Origin: a virus
Lineage: Duplodnaviria; Caudoviricetes
Reading direction: 5' to 3' (one strand)
Virus record (IMG/VR): IMGVR_UViG_3300049015_000042
Coordinates: 1-41,226 of that record
DNA length: 41,226 nucleotides
This document shows positions 36,516 through 41,226 of the stretch, in pieces. How positions within the stretch are numbered: the first letter of the stretch is position 1; the number at the start of each line of letters is the position of its first letter. The translations under genes and the position numbers were made by a program. The notes below the pieces were generated by a model. It ran no database searches and was not told where the DNA came from. It saw nothing but the letters and a program-made list of their open reading frames with translations.

Positions 36516-37147
36516 TCGCCGTCATTTACACCCACCTCCCGGATTACCTGATGGCAGGCACCTCCGCCCGGGTGCTGGCGGCTCAGGGAGTCAAAGTGTT
36601 CCTCGCGATCGAACGCGAGGCGCCGGCGTTTGCCTGCGAGTTCGCCACGGTGATCCGCACGAATTTCGAGCGGAGAGGAAATCTCAACGGCAGCGCCTTC
36701 ATTGCGGGGCATCTGGATCTGCTGAGCTCGCTGACCGATGGGGATGACTACGTGCTCAAGGTCGACAGTGACACGCTCGTCACGGATGCCGCCCGGTTAG
36801 TCGCTGGACGGACGGAGCATGCCGTGGGGGTTTATGCGACCGGGATGGGCGGGATGCAGGGCTGCTGTTATGCCCTGCGCCGCGAGTCGCTGCCCGCCTT
36901 GTGCGAGGCCGCTGGAAATCTTCCCGCCGGCCGTTTTCTGATGGAGGATCGGGCTATTGGCGAACTCGCAGGCAGTCTGGGCCCGGTGCATCTGCCAGTG
37001 TGGCAACGCGATGCGAATCTCTACGGGCGGTGGAACCCTGCAGGCGGTGCGGATTGGCACTGCGGCCGACACGCCGTGGTCGCCTTCGAGGCCAAGCCCG
37101 ATGCCGACCGGTGGGCAATCGCCCGGAACATGAAAACTTTCCTATGA
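36512..37147 (+). CDS. GT-A fold glycosyltransferase-like protein
   Basis: DxD motif DYVLKVDSDTLV, GCCYAL, EDRAIG, similar to GT31-type signatures. Confidence 0.7.
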   Translation: MIAVIYTHLPDYLMAGTSARVLAAQGVKVFLAIEREAPAFACEFATVIRTNFERRGNLNGSAFIAGHLDLLSSLTDGDDYVLKVDSDTLVTDAARLVAGRTEHAVGVYATGMGGMQGCCYALRRESLPALCEAAGNLPAGRFLMEDRAIGELAGSLGPVHLPVWQRDANLYGRWNPAGGADWHCGRHAVVAFEAKPDADRWAIARNMKTFL

Positions 37148-39852
37148 GGCCGCTGTTTGTCATCGCCCCGCCCCGTTCCCGCGCCAGCCTGCTCAAGCGG
37201 CTGCTGGCCGATCATCCGCAAGCTCGCCTGGTGCCGACGCCGGCCGGCGGCGGGCACTTCGGCGACTCCATCAGCTATCAGTCGCGCAAGGGTTGGGTTG
37301 TCGCAGTTCCGCTGTGGAGCTGGCTGTTGGAGAACTGGCCGTCCGCCCAAATCATTTTCCTGATGCGCGACCAGGGCGCGATCGAGGCCCGCATGATGGC
37401 CAGCCAGTCCCGGTACCAGTGGATCCCGAAGTGGGGGAAATGCCTCGGATGCTGTGGCGGCCAGGTGAAAGCGATGCACGATTCGTTCGCCGAGTTCCAC
37501 GAGCTCAATCCGACGCGCACCGTCATCATTCAATCCGATGACCTGTTAAATTTCGAAACGGCCGCCGCCGCACTTCCGGGATTGTCCCGCGAGACGTGGG
37601 AAAGGGAAATCGCGGTGATCACCAATGCCACCCGCGAGGCGCTGCCCGATACGGATCCCGCCGTCGATCCGTTCCACCCGCACGCCACGCTTGCCACGCT
37701 GGAAGCGCTGCCAGGACCCGACTCTCCACCAGCGCCAGCGGATCCCTTCGCGGATGATACGACCGTCGAGGACCTCGCCGAGCTGCCCGGGCCCACAGCG
37801 CCGGATTACGCAACCATGATGCCGTTGGAGACTCGCCGCATCATTCCGGAACGCCCGCGGCATCGCGCCGTGAAAGGCGCGGACACCGTTGTTTACACCC
37901 TTCGCTATGGCGCTGCCGACTGGCTCGACGAGTGTGTTCCGACACTGGAGACGTGGTGCGTCCGCCATGACTACGATCTTCAGGTGGTGGGGAAACCGGA
38001 CGTCGAACTGCCCGACGAGAAATTCGCCACGGTCGCGATGATCCGCGAGTTTCTCGCAAGCGGGAAGCAATGGATGATTTTTGTGGACGCAGATGTGGCC
38101 ATTCATCCAACCGCCCCCGGTTGGCCGCGGCTACCAGGCTTTGCCGCCGCACATGACAAGCCGATGAACATGCGGCACTGGGGAAAGTGGCTGAAAACTT
38201 TTTTCCCAACCGTGCCGGCCGATGGCTGGACCTATCGGAACTCGGGCATCTGGTCATTCGACCGTGACTCCGCCAAGCTGTTTTTGGAGCAGGTCGATCT
38301 AACTTCGGAGTGGCAACCGGGCGTCCGTGAACAGCATCAATTCAATTTGTGGGCGATCCTCGCGAGTCACCGCGGGATGCGCGTCCCGTTGCTGCCGGCG
38401 GAATGGAATCAGCTCGCAAAATACGAGAGCGACAAGCCCGCGTGGTTCTATCACCTCGCGGGAAAAACCGAACTCAAGACCCGCTACCTGAAACGGCTGC
38501 GGGACCGGCAATACCTGCCGAGAAAGCCGCGGGCGTTTGAAATCGTGCAGCCGCGGAGCGAGCGGGCGATCGTCTGGCCGTGGCTCGCCAGCGTCGCGGA
38601 GTGGGACGAACTGCGGTTCTCGCTGCGCAGTGTGGAGCGGTTTTTCGCCGACAAGGACTGCCCGCTCTACATTCTGGGAGACACGCCGCCGCCGTGGCTC
38701 GTGCCTGGCGGGCGCGTGGAATTCCTGCGGATGAACGGCTACTCCCGCCATCCTGCCGAGGGCATGTTCGAAGCACGGGTGACCGGCTATCAGATCGCTG
38801 AAAACGTGCTGTGGATGAATGACGACATCTTCCTGCTGCGTGACCAGGATTGGCCGGATTTCGAAGTGGCGCTGCATGAGGGTAACCAAACGGGAAACAT
38901 CGTCGACATGCTGGGAGGCGGGTTGACCTATAAACGCTGGATGGGCGAGGCCTTCGCGGACCTCGTCAACCACGGTCTCAGCCGGGTGCGGAAGTTCGCC
39001 ACGCACACGCCCGTTCTCTATCAAATCGACAAGGTGCGCGAGATCCTCGGGAGGTTTCACATCCATCACAAGGGGAGCTTCGCCAACCTCTATCACAACT
39101 GGCACCACACGCCGTGCCGCGGTGTCGGCCGCGACAAGGCCCGGGAGTTTCCCGCCGATCCCGCCGCCCGCTTCCTCTGCCATGGCAACTACCTGCCGAG
39201 CGTGGAAACCCGCGCCGAACTGGAGCGGCTGTTTCCGGATCCCGCTCCGTGGGAGGATCCCGCCCTGTCGCCGGCGTCATGCTCGCGGCTGCCGTCCGTC
39301 CGCCTCTGCGTGGCGACGTTTAACGAGGATGTTTCCTGGGTGGAAAAAACCGGGCTCGACGCCTGCATTTACGACGCCACCGGCCGCCGCCCTGGATTGA
39401 TCCACGTGCGCAACGAAGGTCGCGAGGCCGGCCAATACCTCAAGCACATCATCCGCCATTACGGAGAGTTCCGTGACTACGAACTCTTCCTGCAGGGCAA
39501 CCCGTTCGATCACGCTCCGGATGTTTTCGAGACCCTCGCCGCGCGCAGTTGGCAAGGTCAACGCGTTTCCCCGCTCGGGCCGCTGATGGGAGTGCATCCT
39601 CAGGTGCACGCCGCCAGCGCCGCCAAGCTTGCCAAGGACCTCGGATTGCAGGACGTCAAGGAAACCGGCTGGACCTACGGAGCCATGTTCGCCGCCTCCC
39701 GCGAGGCGCTCATGTCCCGCCCGCGAGAGTGGTGGGAAGCACTGCTGCAGCGCGTGCTCGATGATGGCAACGGCCCGTGGGCGATCGAGCGTCTGTGGCT
39801 CTCCATTCTCAGCCCGCCGCTTTTGACATCGCCGGTCCCGCATGTGGATTGA
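37144..39852 (+). CDS. 902-aa multidomain glycan-modifying enzyme: sulfotransferase-like + GT-A glycosyltransferase + Stealth-like phosphotransferase + DUF3431
   Basis: PLFVIAPPRSRASLLKRLL/IIFLMRD; IFVDADV/NSG/EQHQFN/WNQ/FYHLAG; ELRFSLRSVERF/WMNDDIF; FNEDVSW/NEGREA/FLQGNPFDH/GAMFAASRE/IERLW. Confidence 0.8.
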   Translation: MRPLFVIAPPRSRASLLKRLLADHPQARLVPTPAGGGHFGDSISYQSRKGWVVAVPLWSWLLENWPSAQIIFLMRDQGAIEARMMASQSRYQWIPKWGKCLGCCGGQVKAMHDSFAEFHELNPTRTVIIQSDDLLNFETAAAALPGLSRETWEREIAVITNATREALPDTDPAVDPFHPHATLATLEALPGPDSPPAPADPFADDTTVEDLAELPGPTAPDYATMMPLETRRIIPERPRHRAVKGADTVVYTLRYGAADWLDECVPTLETWCVRHDYDLQVVGKPDVELPDEKFATVAMIREFLASGKQWMIFVDADVAIHPTAPGWPRLPGFAAAHDKPMNMRHWGKWLKTFFPTVPADGWTYRNSGIWSFDRDSAKLFLEQVDLTSEWQPGVREQHQFNLWAILASHRGMRVPLLPAEWNQLAKYESDKPAWFYHLAGKTELKTRYLKRLRDRQYLPRKPRAFEIVQPRSERAIVWPWLASVAEWDELRFSLRSVERFFADKDCPLYILGDTPPPWLVPGGRVEFLRMNGYSRHPAEGMFEARVTGYQIAENVLWMNDDIFLLRDQDWPDFEVALHEGNQTGNIVDMLGGGLTYKRWMGEAFADLVNHGLSRVRKFATHTPVLYQIDKVREILGRFHIHHKGSFANLYHNWHHTPCRGVGRDKAREFPADPAARFLCHGNYLPSVETRAELERLFPDPAPWEDPALSPASCSRLPSVRLCVATFNEDVSWVEKTGLDACIYDATGRRPGLIHVRNEGREAGQYLKHIIRHYGEFRDYELFLQGNPFDHAPDVFETLAARSWQGQRVSPLGPLMGVHPQVHAASAAKLAKDLGLQDVKETGWTYGAMFAASREALMSRPREWWEALLQRVLDDGNGPWAIERLWLSILSPPLLTSPVPHVD

Positions 39853-40825
39853 CATCGACCTGGACCAGAGCGACCTGATCATTTCCGGCCCCGGTGTCAG
39901 GGATGAAGCCCGCCTCTTCCGGTTCAAGCGCGATACCGATGGCGAGCTCGCCGTTCGATTCTGGCGCTCCGGTGTCCAGGTGGAGCTCGCGGAGGACGCG
40001 GTGGGATATTTCGGGATCAAACCCGCGGGTGAGTTCGATGGGGACTTGCTGGTATACGCCGACGAATGGACCAAGACCGGGACCGCCGACGAGACGGTTT
40101 ACACCTTCACTCCCGAGTTCAACGGAGTCGCCCTGAAAAACCTGCTAGGCCTGGGTGATGGCGATGTCGAGAACGACATCGCCAGCATCATGGCGATGCT
40201 CGAAATCAAGTGGGTGGCCGATGGGAAGAAGCACCGCACCCAGACGGTGGACACAGAGATTTTTCCCGAAGTGCTGCAGGATCTGGACGGCCTGCCACTC
40301 GCATTCCCCAACTTGTGGGACGCGCCGCTGCAGCTGACGACGCCGCCGCAGAATGGAGACGAAACATCGCTCGCGTTCTCCGGTCTCACCGGAGCCGGTT
40401 TCACCTCGCCTTGGGTGCGGGACCTCGAAGTGAACGGTAAATGGTCGTGGTTTTCCACCGCGGATCCCCACGGAGTTCAGTGGACGGGGACGCGCTGGGA
40501 GGTCATCGACGCCGCGGACGTGATCTGTTATTCCGATGACGATACCGATCACCCGCCGGCCGATCCAGCCCGCTGGACGGTGGTCGCCGAGGGAGTGACT
40601 GCGCCCACATTCGCCTTCGGAGGCACAGCTGCCACCGCTCTCGATCAAGCCGCCCACGTCACCGCCACTGTGGGAGGCGTCGAGTTCAAGGACCGCTGGT
40701 GGTGTTCGCGGGTGCACCCCGTGGAGTGGCAACCGCCCGGGAACATCTTCCGCGATACCGTGACCGGGACGCTTTACCGCCAGTTTTTCGCCTCCGGAGC
40801 GCCTGACTACGCCGTCGCATACTAA
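39842..40825 (+). CDS. Baseplate-upper/BppU-like tail fibre adaptor protein
   Basis: N-terminal FKRDTDGELAVRF...MLEIKW pattern; directly upstream of the fibre gene. Confidence 0.55.
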   Translation: MWIDIDLDQSDLIISGPGVRDEARLFRFKRDTDGELAVRFWRSGVQVELAEDAVGYFGIKPAGEFDGDLLVYADEWTKTGTADETVYTFTPEFNGVALKNLLGLGDGDVENDIASIMAMLEIKWVADGKKHRTQTVDTEIFPEVLQDLDGLPLAFPNLWDAPLQLTTPPQNGDETSLAFSGLTGAGFTSPWVRDLEVNGKWSWFSTADPHGVQWTGTRWEVIDAADVICYSDDDTDHPPADPARWTVVAEGVTAPTFAFGGTAATALDQAAHVTATVGGVEFKDRWWCSRVHPVEWQPPGNIFRDTVTGTLYRQFFASGAPDYAVAY

Positions 40826-40835
40826 CGAAACCTCT

Positions 40836-41226
40836 ATGAAACTGTTACTATCCATCCTCGCTCTAACCGGCATCGCCGCCGCGCAACCCACGTCCGTTTT
40901 CAAACCAGTCCCTGAGACCCGCACGGTCAACGGCCACGCACTTTCCGGAAACGTCACCGTCAGTAAATCCGATGTCGGACTAGGTAACGTGGACAACACG
41001 AGTGATGCAGCGAAAGTGGCATCGGGACCGATTGCCGATGCGTTAGCCACAAAAGCCGGCTGGGCGAGCGTCAACACCTATAGCAGCTCGCAGATTTACA
41101 ATTCGGATGTCACGTTCAACAACTGGTCAATCTATGGTTCGGGTGCGCTCTTCTCATACGCCCCCGCAGCCGCTACAAGCCACCGTGCCGCACTCGCCCT
41201 AACTCCGGGAACAAACGTGCAAGCCT
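40836..41226 (+). CDS. Tail fibre-like protein, N-terminal part (joins 5-895; 426 aa in total)
   Basis: ATG 40836; MKLLLSILALTGIAAAQ; fibre motifs TRTVNGHALSGNVTV, KSDVGLGNVDNTSD and GTNVQA; no stop before the window end. Confidence 0.8.
   Translation, partial: MKLLLSILALTGIAAAQPTSVFKPVPETRTVNGHALSGNVTVSKSDVGLGNVDNTSDAAKVASGPIADALATKAGWASVNTYSSSQIYNSDVTFNNWSIYGSGALFSYAPAAATSHRAALALTPGTNVQA

Larger units (their letters stand above)
1..41226. mobile_element. Complete temperate tailed (siphovirus-like) phage genome, circular/excised form
   Basis: Integrase, attP, repressor, replication, terminase, portal, capsid, tail and lysis modules are all present. The last 5 nt (AGCCT) equal the first 5 nt, and an ORF reads in frame across the junction. 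Confidence 0.93.

Noticed and set aside
36901-37143. N-terminal 81 aa of the 983-aa ORF call
   Set aside because: Overlaps the upstream GT gene; ATG 37144 couples to its stop and starts right at the first domain.
1-41226. Diversity-generating retroelement, invertible fibre cassette or IS element
   Set aside because: No reverse transcriptase, serine invertase or transposase motif, and no long near-identical repeat pair noticed by eye; a self-dotplot would confirm.

Overview
The window appears to be a complete, circularly closed genome (~41,221 bp after trimming a 5-nt terminal overlap AGCCT) of a temperate, non-contractile-tailed phage, shown in its excised form. An intact attP carries the 3' end of a tRNA-Gly next to a tyrosine integrase. 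Gene order on the + strand: tail fibre (split across the window ends), lysis genes, integrase/attP, two membrane or secreted accessory genes, repressor/cro-like switch, early genes (excisionase-like, two ParB-related proteins), primase and P-loop helicase, DUF932, then the late operon. The late operon holds a PLD-like protein, lambda-type terminase and portal, S49 protease, scaffold, capsid, neck, tail tube, a frameshifted tail chaperone, tape measure, tail tip and a glycan-modifying cassette. The host is probably a Verrucomicrobium-like (PVC) bacterium; this is inference only. The most notable features are: (1) a late-gene-specific motif TT(T/C)GACA exactly 13 nt before six start codons; (2) a glycosyltransferase plus a four-domain sulfotransferase-like/GT/Stealth/DUF3431 enzyme inside the tail module, next to a Ser-rich, Cys-rich tail protein; (3) a tail-fibre-like protein with a signal-peptide-like N-terminus; (4) seven copies of a 16-bp palindrome TTTTCCGCGCGGAAAA in a genome with ParB proteins but no ParA; (5) a Walker-A-dead paralogue of the helicase ATPase domain. 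All family assignments come from motif recognition by eye, not database searches.
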